A program made the position numbers and the translations under genes. Positions 1-8,862 of a stretch of 52,343 nt of DNA are shown here, in pieces (within the stretch, counting starts at the first letter, position 1; each line of letters begins with the position of its first letter). The DNA is from Oscillospiraceae bacterium (GTDB lineage: Bacteria > Bacillota > Clostridia > Oscillospirales > Ruminococcaceae): NCBI GenBank assembly GCA_029267825.1, contig JAJUHO010000001.1, forward strand, positions 1 through 52,343. The letters are read 5' to 3'. The notes under the pieces are model-generated. The model saw nothing but the letters and a program-made list of their open reading frames with translations, ran no database searches and was not told the DNA's origin.

Positions 1-752
1 CAAAGCTCGGCAACTTTTACTGCAGCTTCCCCTTGCATAAGAAGTTTTTCCGCTTCGTTTACCCGTACAGTATTTAAATACCTCTTTACACTCATATTCA
101 TATTATTTTTAAACAAAACGCCAAGATATACTGGATTTAAATTCCACATTTCCGCAAGGCTGTTTACGGTTATCTTTTGAGCATAATTTTTATTTATATA
201 TTCGACCATTTTGGCTACCCTTGAATCCATAAATGCAGGCGAATCCGGAAAATAAAGCTGTTCCAAAATTTCATGAAGAATTATCATTAAAATTGCGCGG
301 CATTTTAATATATGCCCGCTCTTTTTTTCCATCCAATCATGATTAAGTTGCTTAAAAAGTTCTATAATTCGACCCGGACTTGGAATTCTTGAAACTATAG
401 GAAGAGGAAGGTCTACCGTGTCTCCCGAACTGCTGTTGAAATTAAACAAAAAAGCATTTACGGCAAAACTTTTCATTGGATTTTTAGCATTTGTAAAAGC
501 CTTTCTTTTACTGCCATGAGGAATACAAATCAAATCGCCTTTTTTAACTTCATAAGCAACATCGTTCACTATGTATGTTGCTTCTCCATCCAAAATATAA
601 GTTATATCGGTAAAATCGCAAAAAGACTCCCCTATCGTCCATTCGGGAGTTGCCTCTCTAAAAATTGAAATCAATATGTGTGCTGAAATATATTCGAGGT
701 CATAATATTTCGGATTTTCAAGAACATATTTGTACTTATCGTTTTCTTCCAT
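1..752 (-). CDS. AraC/XylS-family transcriptional regulator (cupin-like sensor domain + HTH); C-terminal end cut by window edge
   Basis: My own minus-strand translation from the ATG at 752-750 gives MEENDKYKYVLENPKYYDLE...GDLICIPHGSKRKAF (cupin-type N-domain) ...VAKMVEYINKNYAQKITVNSLAEMWNLNPVYLGVLFKNNMNMSVKRYLNTVRVNEAEKLL (AraC HTH). The frame stays open to position 1. It is absent from the ORF track because it has no stop in the window. It is divergent from the GH3 gene. Confidence 0.8.
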   Translation of the reverse strand, partial: MEENDKYKYVLENPKYYDLEYISAHILISIFREATPEWTIGESFCDFTDITYILDGEATYIVNDVAYEVKKGDLICIPHGSKRKAFTNAKNPMKSFAVNAFLFNFNSSSGDTVDLPLPIVSRIPSPGRIIELFKQLNHDWMEKKSGHILKCRAILMIILHEILEQLYFPDSPAFMDSRVAKMVEYINKNYAQKITVNSLAEMWNLNPVYLGVLFKNNMNMSVKRYLNTVRVNEAEKLLMQGEAAVKVAEL

Positions 753-1281
753 TCCAACCAGCCTTTTAAACTAATTTTATATTTAAATTCTACAAATCAA
801 ATAAGCTTTTTATATGGAATCAGCTTTGCTTTAATGATAACATTATTAAGATAAAAAATCAATTTAAAAAGGTGAAAATATGCGCGAAATTCTATATTTA
901 GAATACAATTCCTCTCATAGTAAATATAAATCAACATTAAAGGCCGAATGTAGAGGAATATGAATATTCAAGATGGGACACTTATTTTTATCGCAAAACA
1001 TGAATTCCTGATAAAAAATGACGAAAAATTTATTCGTAATATTAAAATTTATATTTAAAAAAACAGTTAAAACCTTAAAAAATTACATTGATTTGAATTC
1101 CGAAGTATATTATAATAAATGCAATTGTGAGCCGCAAAAAGTCGAAATAAAGCTGCCGGATTGTTATTTGCCTAAAACACCAATCATAATTTGGGCAGGA
1201 ATTCATGGTGACAACGAAAACAACGGCTTGACCGGATTTGTTTCATGGGAAATTAAAAATTTGGATTAAAAGAGGTATCTT

Positions 1282-3414
1282 ATGAAAAGCTACAAGGAAA
1301 AATACGATCTTTTCAGACAAAAAGCAGAAGAACTCGTTTCTAAAATGACGCTTGAAGAAGCCGCATCGCAACTCAGATACGACGCTCCGGCAATAGAAAG
1401 ACTCGGCATACCGGCTTACAACTGGTGGAATGAAGCTTTGCATGGGGTTGCAAGAGCCGGAACCGCAACAATGTTCCCGCAGGCAATTGCAATGGCGGCA
1501 ACATTTGACGAAAATTCCGTTGCAAAAATGGCAGAAATCATTGCAGAAGAAGGACGCGCAAAATACAATGAACAATCCAAAAAGGGCGACAGGGACATTT
1601 ATAAAGGCTTGACTTTCTGGGCACCGAACATAAACATTTTCCGTGACCCAAGATGGGGACGCGGACACGAAACCTATGGCGAAGACCCGTTTTTGACTTC
1701 ACGTCTTGGTGTAGCTTATGTAAAATCATTGCAAGGTGACGGCGAATATATGAAAGCCGCAGCTTGTGCAAAGCATTATGCCGTACATAGCGGGCCAGAA
1801 GCTTTAAGGCACGAATTTGACGCAAAAGCCTCCCCAAGGGACATGTGGGATACTTACCTTCCGGCATTTGAAGCTTGCGTAAAAGAAGGCGGCGTAGAAG
1901 CAGTTATGGGAGCATATAACCGCACAAACGGTGAGCCTTGCTGCGGCAGTAAAACTCTCATTCAAGATATACTTGTAAAAAAATGGGGGTTTAAAGGGCA
2001 TTTTGTTTCAGACTGCTGGGCAATAAAAGATTTCCATACAAGGCATATGATTACAAAAACTGCTCCGGAATCAGCTGCTCTTGCCCTCAAAAACGGCTGT
2101 GATATAAATTGCGGCAATACTTATCTCCATATAATGCAAGCCTATATGGACGGCCTTGTAACAGAAGAGCAAATCCGTGCTGCGGCAATAAGAGCATTTA
2201 CCACACGTTTTAAACTTGGACTTTTTGATGAAAACTGCGAATACAACAAAATTCCATACGAAGTGAATGACAGCAAGGAACACAATGAAATATCCCTTGA
2301 AATGAGCAGAAAATCCCTTGTTCTCCTTAAAAATAATGGTATTTTGCCTCTTAAAAAAGAAAACATAAAAACAATAGCTGTAATAGGTCCGAATGCCAAC
2401 AATATAGGAGCTCTTATTGGAAATTATTTTGGTACCGCTTCACGCTATACTACAAACCTCATGGGCATACAAGATATGGCATGGCAGGAAGGAATCCGCG
2501 TACTTTACGCCGAAGGTTGCCACCTCTTTTCAGACAGGATAAGCAATCTTGCCTTGCCAAACGACAGGCTTGCAGAAGCAGTAACCGTTGCAGAAAAATC
2601 CGACGTTGCAATTCTTTGCCTTGGTCTTGATGCAACAGTAGAGGGTGAAGAAGGCGATACAGGAAATTCTTTTGCCGCGGGCGACAAGGTAAGCCTTGAA
2701 TTGCCAATGCCTCAACAAATACTTCTTAAAGCGATTATTGAAACCGGCAAACCGGTAATTCTTGTAAACAATACAGGAAGTGCAATGGATTTGCGCTTTG
2801 CTGACAAGCATTGCGACGCTATAATCCAAGCATGGTACAGCGGCGCCCATGGCGGAAAAGCTCTTGCTGAACTTATTTTCGGAAAATTTTCTCCGTCAGG
2901 CAGACTGCCGGTAACCTTTTACGAAAAGACAGAAGATTTGCCTCCGTTTGAAGATTACTCAATGGAAAATCGCACATACCGATACTTTAAAGGCACTCCC
3001 CTTTATCCTTTTGGTTTCGGTCTTTCCTATACAAATTTTGAATATTCTGACCTAAAGCTTTCTTCCAATGTTATTGGCGTTTCAGATGACCTTGAATTGG
3101 AAGTAAAAATAAAGAATACAGGAAATCTTGACGGCGAAGAAGTTGTGCAAATTTATGTAAAAGATTTGCAAAGCAGCCACACCCTTCCTGTGCATAGCCT
3201 TTGCGGATTCAAAAGGATTTTCCTTTTAAAAGGTGAAGAAAAGGTTGTAAATTTTAAAATTCCAAACAAATGCTTTGAAGTGGTTGATGAAAACGGAAAC
3301 CGTTTTATAGAGTCCGGCGAATTTAAGATTTATGCAGGGCCATCACAGCCTGATGCAAGGAGCGCCGAACTTTTAGGCAAAAAATGTCTTGAAGCAGTTT
3401 TTGAAATAAAATAG
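1282..3414 (+). CDS. Glycoside hydrolase family 3 beta-glucosidase/beta-xylosidase, no signal peptide
   Basis: 710-aa ORF preceded by an AAGAGG RBS. GH3-type motifs: WWNEALHGV, NIFRDPRWGRGHETYGEDP, KHYAVHSGPE, FVSDCWA. There is a C-terminal Fn3-like segment (VQIYVKD...LCGFKRI). Confidence 0.9.
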   Translation: MKSYKEKYDLFRQKAEELVSKMTLEEAASQLRYDAPAIERLGIPAYNWWNEALHGVARAGTATMFPQAIAMAATFDENSVAKMAEIIAEEGRAKYNEQSKKGDRDIYKGLTFWAPNINIFRDPRWGRGHETYGEDPFLTSRLGVAYVKSLQGDGEYMKAAACAKHYAVHSGPEALRHEFDAKASPRDMWDTYLPAFEACVKEGGVEAVMGAYNRTNGEPCCGSKTLIQDILVKKWGFKGHFVSDCWAIKDFHTRHMITKTAPESAALALKNGCDINCGNTYLHIMQAYMDGLVTEEQIRAAAIRAFTTRFKLGLFDENCEYNKIPYEVNDSKEHNEISLEMSRKSLVLLKNNGILPLKKENIKTIAVIGPNANNIGALIGNYFGTASRYTTNLMGIQDMAWQEGIRVLYAEGCHLFSDRISNLALPNDRLAEAVTVAEKSDVAILCLGLDATVEGEEGDTGNSFAAGDKVSLELPMPQQILLKAIIETGKPVILVNNTGSAMDLRFADKHCDAIIQAWYSGAHGGKALAELIFGKFSPSGRLPVTFYEKTEDLPPFEDYSMENRTYRYFKGTPLYPFGFGLSYTNFEYSDLKLSSNVIGVSDDLELEVKIKNTGNLDGEEVVQIYVKDLQSSHTLPVHSLCGFKRIFLLKGEEKVVNFKIPNKCFEVVDENGNRFIESGEFKIYAGPSQPDARSAELLGKKCLEAVFEIK

Positions 3415-3416
3415 CA

Positions 3417-3453
3417 AATTCCCCGGTTTGCATAAAATGCTTGCCGGGGAATT
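3417..3453. terminator. Bidirectional intrinsic terminator between the convergent GH3 and DUF155 genes
   Basis: 10-bp perfect stem AATTCCCCGG (3417-3426) / CCGGGGAATT (3444-3453) with a 17-nt loop. T-rich on the + side (TATTTT) and A-rich upstream. Confidence 0.75.
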
Positions 3454-4295
3454 TATTTTCCAAATAGAAAATCAAAAAAACATTTTAAAAAATTTACTGC
3501 AAATTTAAAATTAAAAATATAAGGCAGGCCAAAAACAGCAAGAAGCGCTATTTCAAAATACAAGAGCCTATTTTCTTTCCAGCTTTGGCTGATTGAAAAA
3601 TATGCACCATAAACACGTCTTAATTCATTTGTTTTTTGCTCCAAGGCTTTAATGCGCTCATTAAATAAATATTCTGCGCCTAAATTTTCATAAAACTTCT
3701 TTGCGGCCTCACTATGAAATTTATCATTACTCAAAAATACCTTTGTAAAATATGCTCCAGAATACTGAAATTTAAGCATCGGCGCTATCTTTTTTGCATA
3801 TTTCACCGCACTTATATTAAGCTTAGCACGTTTTAAGCTTTCCACTATGCTCTCGGATTCATCAAGCAAAACATTCGCATTTTCCTCTAAATATGCAAGA
3901 GCTGTATCTTTTGCAAGTATTCCTGCAATTAAAGATATATATTCTTCACTTTCACCCTCAACATCCTCAAAATTTTCACTTAAAATAAAGCTACTGCGGT
4001 ATTTTATAATAAAATCATTATTTATATTAAATGAAAGCGAACGTAAAAAATCAAAAAATATCATTTTTTCTTCTTCAAGAATAAAATTTACAAAAACTAT
4101 GCAGCCATAATCAAAAATAAAAATCGTTTTTTCAAGATCAATATATTTAAAAATAATAGCCAAAGCTTTACCATCGATTTTTAAGCAGTCACTCCATTTA
4201 AAAAATTCTGATATGCCAAAAAAATCAGAAAGGCGTAAGAGGGAAAATTTTTGTGCCGCCTTGCAGCAATCAAAAATAATTCTTTTATTTGCCAT
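3453..4295 (-). CDS. DUF155 / RMD1-family protein, paralog 2, single C-terminal TM helix
   Basis: 280-aa ORF. It has the DUF155-like core ...IFIFDYGCIVFVNF..., a central coiled region and a hydrophobic C-terminus (LLYFEIALLAVFGLPYIF). It lies 14 nt downstream of paralog 1. The family call is from memory of the DUF155 pattern. Confidence 0.6.
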   Translation of the reverse strand: MANKRIIFDCCKAAQKFSLLRLSDFFGISEFFKWSDCLKIDGKALAIIFKYIDLEKTIFIFDYGCIVFVNFILEEEKMIFFDFLRSLSFNINNDFIIKYRSSFILSENFEDVEGESEEYISLIAGILAKDTALAYLEENANVLLDESESIVESLKRAKLNISAVKYAKKIAPMLKFQYSGAYFTKVFLSNDKFHSEAAKKFYENLGAEYLFNERIKALEQKTNELRRVYGAYFSISQSWKENRLLYFEIALLAVFGLPYIFNFKFAVNFLKCFFDFLFGK

Positions 4296-4309
4296 ACAAA
4301 ACTCCCCTC

Positions 4310-5137
4310 TCAGGCCGAATGCAAAAGCTCGACAAACATTAAAACAACTTCCACCACAATTAAAAGCACTATAACAAGTTCTACAAAAAGCCCTCTCGTC
4401 GAATGGCTTATTGATGCAAAATCATTTATAATATTGTTAAGTACGGAAGATTTTTTCTCAATTATTTCAAACCTATCATTCAATTCAAAGAATTCAGACA
4501 TCTTTTCATAAAAAATCCCCGCGCTGCTGTTTGTCCAAGTAATATCCGGCTTATCAAGAATCATTATGTAGCTTATGCTGTTGTATTCATGTCGAACCAC
4601 TTTTGCGGTAGTCCTTGCGAGCGCCTTGTCGCCAAGCTGCAGCTTTCCTTTTTCAAGTCTTACTATCAATGTTTCAATGCTGTCAAGAATTTTTGCAAGC
4701 TGTTCCTCAACACGTTCAAGCGCAACTGATTTTGCTATCACTACCGCTGCAAGTTCAGGATAAAAAGGCTGGTACTCATTTATAACCACATATTTATCAG
4801 TAAGCACAAAATTTTCTTCATTTGAAACCCTAAGTTCATAATCGTCGTTGTAGTATTCCCAAGACGAGCTTATTTCAACACCAAAACCTTTTAAATAATC
4901 TATAAACAAAAGATAACTCTGCGGTTCAATATTGATAAAAACAATACTGCCAAACGAAAAAACCATTACCTTTTTATCTTCGCTTAAATCAATATGCAGT
5001 ATTCTTTCAAGAATTTCTCCTTGTATTATCAAAGGCTCTTCCCAGGTATACTTTTTCTTTATTCCCAATTCAACAGCAATACGATTTAAATCAATTTCAT
5101 TACTTACCGAATAGGCTTTTAAATTAAGGCTAAGCAT
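4310..5137 (-). CDS. DUF155 / RMD1-family protein, paralog 1, single C-terminal TM helix
   Basis: I prefer the ATG at 5137 (MLSLNLKAYSV...) because GGAGGGA lies 4-5 nt upstream; the ORF-track ATG at 5149 sits inside that RBS. DUF155-like core VMVFSFGSIVFINI. C-terminal TM segment LFVELVIVLLIVVEVVLMFVELL. Confidence 0.65.
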   Translation of the reverse strand: MLSLNLKAYSVSNEIDLNRIAVELGIKKKYTWEEPLIIQGEILERILHIDLSEDKKVMVFSFGSIVFINIEPQSYLLFIDYLKGFGVEISSSWEYYNDDYELRVSNEENFVLTDKYVVINEYQPFYPELAAVVIAKSVALERVEEQLAKILDSIETLIVRLEKGKLQLGDKALARTTAKVVRHEYNSISYIMILDKPDITWTNSSAGIFYEKMSEFFELNDRFEIIEKKSSVLNNIINDFASISHSTRGLFVELVIVLLIVVEVVLMFVELLHSA

Positions 5138-5179
5138 AAATCCCTCCATTCAGTTTTAAACACAGCCCTATCAATTAAA

Positions 5180-5208
5180 ATTATACCTCTTTATGGAAGC
5201 AATTTCAA
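5180..5208 (-). promoter_or_regulatory. Sigma-A-type promoter for the DUF155 pair
   Basis: The minus strand reads TTGAAA (5208-5203), a 17-nt spacer, then TATAAT (5185-5180). It lies about 43 nt upstream of the ATG at 5137. Confidence 0.6.
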
Positions 5209-5214
5209 TATTCA

Positions 5215-5254
5215 AATAAAAAATCTCCTTAACTGTAAAAAGTCAAGGAGATTT
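5215..5254 (-). terminator. Intrinsic terminator of the acyl-CoA synthetase operon
   Basis: 10-bp stem AAATCTCCTT (5221-5230) / AAGGAGATTT (5245-5254), followed on the minus strand by TTTTTT. Confidence 0.75.
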
Positions 5255-5260
5255 TAATTT

Positions 5261-6925
5261 TTATTGTTTATTATTGTCCTGCTCCCTTATTTGAACCCTG
5301 CGGATTTTGCCGCTTATTGTTTTTGGAAGCTCATCAACAAATTCAACTATCCTCGGGTATTTATAAGGAGCGGTAGTCTTTTTTACATGTTCTTGCAGCT
5401 CTTTTGCAAGCTCGTCCGAAGCTTTATTCTTATATTCTTTTGAAAGTACAATAGTCGCCTTTACAACCGTTCCTCTTATCGGGTCCTTTGCTCCGGTAAC
5501 GGCACACTCCAAAACAGCAGGATGCTCCATAAGCACGCTTTCTATTTCAAAAGGTCCTATCCTATATCCGGAAGATTTTATTACATCATCGGTTCTTCCA
5601 ACATACCAAATATACCCGTCCTCATCCCTCCATGCCGTATCTCCGGTATGGTAAATATTATTGTTCCACGAGGAGGTTGTAGCTTCTTCGTTTTTGTAAT
5701 ATCCCTTAAATAATCCTTTATGGAATCTGCCATCAGTTCTTATTACTATTTCGCCAACTTCGCCGTTTGGCACACTATTGCCGTCTTCATCAACGATATC
5801 CACATTATAAAGCGGCATTGGCTTGCCCATTGAACCAGGCTTTGGATTTGTCCCCGGTTGGTTTGCCACTATAACAACAGTTTCCGTTTGTCCAAACCCC
5901 TCCATAAGCTTTATCCCGGTATATTGGTAAAATTTATTAAACACTTCCGGATTTAACGCTTCCCCCGCAATTGTGGCATATTTGAGCGAAGAAAGGTCAT
6001 AGTTTTCAATTCCTTCCTTTATGAAAAATCTAAACATAGTCGGCGGAGCACAAAAAGAAGTAATTTTATAATCCTGAATTTTCTTTAAGATGTCACTTGC
6101 CACAAACCTATCAAAATCGTAAACAAAAATACTTGCACCGAGGGCAAACTGGCCATACATCTTGCCCCACATGCATTTTGCCCATCCGCTTTCAGAAATT
6201 GTAAGGTGAAGGGTATCATCCTTTATGTTGTGCCAATGCTTTGCCGTCATTATATGCGCAGCAGAATAATAGTAGCTATGCACAACCATCTTAGGATATC
6301 CAGTCGTTCCGGAAGTAAAATACAAAAGCATATCTTCCTCAACTTTTGTAGGAAGCCTATCAAGAGATGCACTATATTTTGCAATTTCCAAATCAAACGA
6401 AATCCAACCATCTCGGTTGCCGTTTACAATAAATCTTTCCTTTATCTCTTTATAAGTTTCTTGTGCCTGCTCTATATGCTCGGTCGTTTCTCCCGTTGCA
6501 GTAGCAATGACATATTTCACGCCTGCGGCTTCAAAACGGTAAATATAATCCTTTACCATAAGCTGATTGGTTGCCGGAATCAAAATCGCGCCTATTTTGC
6601 AAAGAGCAATTGCTATAAACCAAAACTGATAATGCCTTTTAAGCACACAAAGCACCTTATCGCCCTTTTTAACTCCATGGGCAAGCAACATATTTGCAGT
6701 CTGATTGCTTTTTTCCATTAAATCGCCATAAGTAAAAATATGCTCCTCACCGGCCTCATTGCACCAAACCATTGCCCTTCGATTTGGTTCAAGTTTTGCT
6801 ATGGCGTCAATAATATCATAACCAAAATTAAAATTATCAGGACAATTCAACTCAAATTTATTTAAAAGCCCGTTTTCATCAAAGCCTTCTATGCAAAACT
6901 GCTTATGCAAGTCTTTTACTTCCAT
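5261..6925 (-). CDS. AMP-forming acyl-CoA synthetase (medium-chain/ACSM-like adenylate-forming enzyme)
   Basis: 554 aa. ANL-superfamily motifs: YFTSGTTGYPKMV (A3), YHTGD (A7), GRTDDVIKSSGYRIGPFEIE (A8), LPKTISGKIRR (A10). Confidence 0.9.
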   Translation of the reverse strand: MEVKDLHKQFCIEGFDENGLLNKFELNCPDNFNFGYDIIDAIAKLEPNRRAMVWCNEAGEEHIFTYGDLMEKSNQTANMLLAHGVKKGDKVLCVLKRHYQFWFIAIALCKIGAILIPATNQLMVKDYIYRFEAAGVKYVIATATGETTEHIEQAQETYKEIKERFIVNGNRDGWISFDLEIAKYSASLDRLPTKVEEDMLLYFTSGTTGYPKMVVHSYYYSAAHIMTAKHWHNIKDDTLHLTISESGWAKCMWGKMYGQFALGASIFVYDFDRFVASDILKKIQDYKITSFCAPPTMFRFFIKEGIENYDLSSLKYATIAGEALNPEVFNKFYQYTGIKLMEGFGQTETVVIVANQPGTNPKPGSMGKPMPLYNVDIVDEDGNSVPNGEVGEIVIRTDGRFHKGLFKGYYKNEEATTSSWNNNIYHTGDTAWRDEDGYIWYVGRTDDVIKSSGYRIGPFEIESVLMEHPAVLECAVTGAKDPIRGTVVKATIVLSKEYKNKASDELAKELQEHVKKTTAPYKYPRIVEFVDELPKTISGKIRRVQIREQDNNKQ

Positions 6926-6943
6926 TGAGAATATCCTCCAAAA

Positions 6944-7516
6944 TTATTTCTTTACAAGGACAGCCATGAATTTGCAATCCTTCCCACCAACAGCAATCAT
7001 TCCATGCGGAGTAGAAGAATCATAATAAACTGCGTCACCGGCATTAAGTATTTCTGTTTTATCACCAAAGACGCATTTCAGCGAACCTTCAATAACATAA
7101 TCAAATTCTTGGCCGTCATGGGAGGAAAGTATTATCGGCTTGTCTTGAGCATCTTCCTCATAAGGCGCTATAACCATAAGCGGTTCTATTTTTTTGCCCT
7201 TAAAAAGGTATGCAAGATGCTGATAGGCAAATCTTTCCCGCCTTTCAATCGGAAGTCCTTGTCCATTTCTGACTATTTCATACTTATCAAGTTTTGGATT
7301 TTCACCGGTAAGTATCTCAATTAAATCCACACCAAAAGCTTCAGCGCATTTATACAAAAAAGAAACTGAAAAATCCATTTCCCCGTTTTCAATTTTTTCA
7401 TAGTCCTCTTTTGACGTGGAAGTCATAGCGCAAATTTCATCAATCGAAATTTCAAGGCTTTCCCTTAAACCTTTTAATCTTTGAGCTGTTTCCTTAATGC
7501 TATAATTCATTAGCAT
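6944..7516 (-). CDS. XRE-family HTH regulator with C-terminal cupin domain
   Basis: 190 aa. N-terminal HTH_3-like segment (IKETAQRLKGLRESLEISIDEICAMTSTSKEDYEKIENGE). C-terminal cupin segment (HDGQEFDYVIEGSLK...GDAVYYDSSTPHG). Its start overlaps the HAD gene stop by 7 nt. Confidence 0.85.
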   Translation of the reverse strand: MLMNYSIKETAQRLKGLRESLEISIDEICAMTSTSKEDYEKIENGEMDFSVSFLYKCAEAFGVDLIEILTGENPKLDKYEIVRNGQGLPIERRERFAYQHLAYLFKGKKIEPLMVIAPYEEDAQDKPIILSSHDGQEFDYVIEGSLKCVFGDKTEILNAGDAVYYDSSTPHGMIAVGGKDCKFMAVLVKK

Positions 7517-8193
7517 GCCCTCCCTTTAATAATATTAAAAACCTCAAGCATTTCACAAGGTTTGGACAATATGTAATCCGCACCGGCCTTATTTAACTCA
7601 TCAAAATCTCTGAATCCCCACAAGCATCCTGCCGAAATTATTCCGGCATTCTTTGCCGTCAGCACATCCACATCCGAATCCCCTGCAAAAATGCAGTTTT
7701 TCTTGTCAACGCCAAGTTCTTCAATTATTTTAAATACAATATCAGGAGCAGGTTTTTTAGGAATTGAATCTGTTTTCCCCGAAACAAAATCAAAAGTATC
7801 CTTAAAGAAGTGTTCTACTATAATTTTGGCAAAAGTATCCGGTTTATTTGATGCAACCGCAAGCTTTATCCCGTTTTCTTTAAGCGTCTTTAAAAGTTCC
7901 AAAATTCCATCATAAGGTTTTGTTTTGCTGCAATAATGATTATTATAATAAAAATCAAAATCAGATTTTATTGCAGTTTCAGTTTCTTCATTGCAAAATC
8001 CATCCGGCAAAGCTCTTTTTATAAGGATTGCCAATCCGTTGCCCACAAGATATCTATACTCATCGGTTTCATGCTCAGGAAAACCATTCTTTCTTAAAGC
8101 ATAGTTTACCGCATCCGCCAAATCTTCAAGAGAATTTACAAGTGTTCCGTCCAAATCAAAAATAGCCAATTTAATCAAAACGCTCAATCCCAT
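7510..8193 (-). CDS. HAD-superfamily phosphatase (phosphoglycolate-phosphatase-like)
   Basis: HAD motif I AIFDLDGTLVNS, motif II VASNK, motif IV GDSDVDV. There is no SD before the ATG at 8193, so an in-frame TTG at 8178 (giving M-IKLAIFDLDG) is an alternative start. Confidence 0.85.
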   Translation of the reverse strand: MGLSVLIKLAIFDLDGTLVNSLEDLADAVNYALRKNGFPEHETDEYRYLVGNGLAILIKRALPDGFCNEETETAIKSDFDFYYNNHYCSKTKPYDGILELLKTLKENGIKLAVASNKPDTFAKIIVEHFFKDTFDFVSGKTDSIPKKPAPDIVFKIIEELGVDKKNCIFAGDSDVDVLTAKNAGIISAGCLWGFRDFDELNKAGADYILSKPCEMLEVFNIIKGRAC

Positions 8194-8221
8194 TCAAATA
8201 TTTTAAAAATTAATTGTATGA

Positions 8222-8250
8222 ATTTTACCATAAAAAAAGAAATTTTTCAA
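8222..8250 (-). promoter_or_regulatory. Sigma-A-type promoter (extended -10) ahead of the HAD/XRE/acyl-CoA synthetase genes
   Basis: The minus strand reads TTGAAA (8250-8245), a 17-nt spacer ending in TGG, then TAAAAT (8227-8222). It lies immediately after the mntP stop. Confidence 0.5.
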
Positions 8251-8252
8251 TA

Positions 8253-8828
8253 TTATCCGCCAAAAAAAGTATGCTCTATAAAAATCTTTAAGCCTATTGC
8301 TATCAAAATAATTCCGCCGGCAATTTCTGCCTTGCGGTTAAGAACGGCGCCAAAGCGTTTGCCTATAAAAACTCCGGCAAAACAACATACAAATGTTACC
8401 AGAGCAATAAAAGCCGCAGATGTAATTATGTTTGCACGCATAGCCGAAAAACTAACTCCAACCGCAAGCGCATCTATGCTTGTGGCAAGTCCTTGAACCA
8501 AAAGCGCATTAAGCGTAAGTTTTATTCCAACAGAATCGCAAGCATCACAGTCTTTTTCTTTTATAGCTTCAAAAAGCATTTTCCCGCCTATAATTCCCAA
8601 TAGAACCAAAGCAATCACATGGTCAAAGCGGGTTACATAAGCAGTAAAGGTTTGCCCCAAAAAATACCCTATCGAAGGCATTACGCCTTGAAAAAGCCCG
8701 AAAGTCAAAGCAATTGCAAAAGTCCACCCAAGTTTTATGTTTTTAGCGCACATACCATTTGTGACCGAAACCGCAAAAGCATCCATTGAAAGTCCCAAAG
8801 CAATAAAAAACAATTCTATAAATCCCAT
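8253..8828 (-). CDS. mntP: Manganese efflux pump MntP
   Basis: I chose the ATG at 8828 (MGFIELFFIALGLSMDAFAVS...) because AAGGGGAA lies upstream. This gives 191 aa, typical for MntP, with duplicated DUF204-type halves (second half ...SIDALAVGVSF...). The upstream part of the 224-aa ORF overlaps tgt and is probably not translated. Confidence 0.85.
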   Translation of the reverse strand: MGFIELFFIALGLSMDAFAVSVTNGMCAKNIKLGWTFAIALTFGLFQGVMPSIGYFLGQTFTAYVTRFDHVIALVLLGIIGGKMLFEAIKEKDCDACDSVGIKLTLNALLVQGLATSIDALAVGVSFSAMRANIITSAAFIALVTFVCCFAGVFIGKRFGAVLNRKAEIAGGIILIAIGLKIFIEHTFFGG

Positions 8829-8862
8829 TTTGTTCCCCTTATTCCTTAATCCTTTTTTAAAT

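Noticed and set aside
880-963. 27-aa sORF (MREILYLEYNSSHSKYKSTLKAECRGI) behind an AAGGTGA-like RBS in the AraC-GH3 intergenic region.
   Set aside because: It is too short and has no recognisable features. The SD spacing is only about 4 nt. Nothing supports translation.
1018-1269. 83-aa ORF ending 12 nt before the GH3 start. Its C-terminal part (IIIWAGIHGDNENNG) is reminiscent of the HGxE zinc motif at the N-terminus of M14/AstE-like enzymes, which would suggest a gene remnant.
   Set aside because: The spacing is H-x3-E and not the H-x2-E I remember. I see no RBS. The N-terminus is Lys/Ile-rich low-complexity sequence typical of AT-rich noise. A homology search is needed before calling it a pseudogene.
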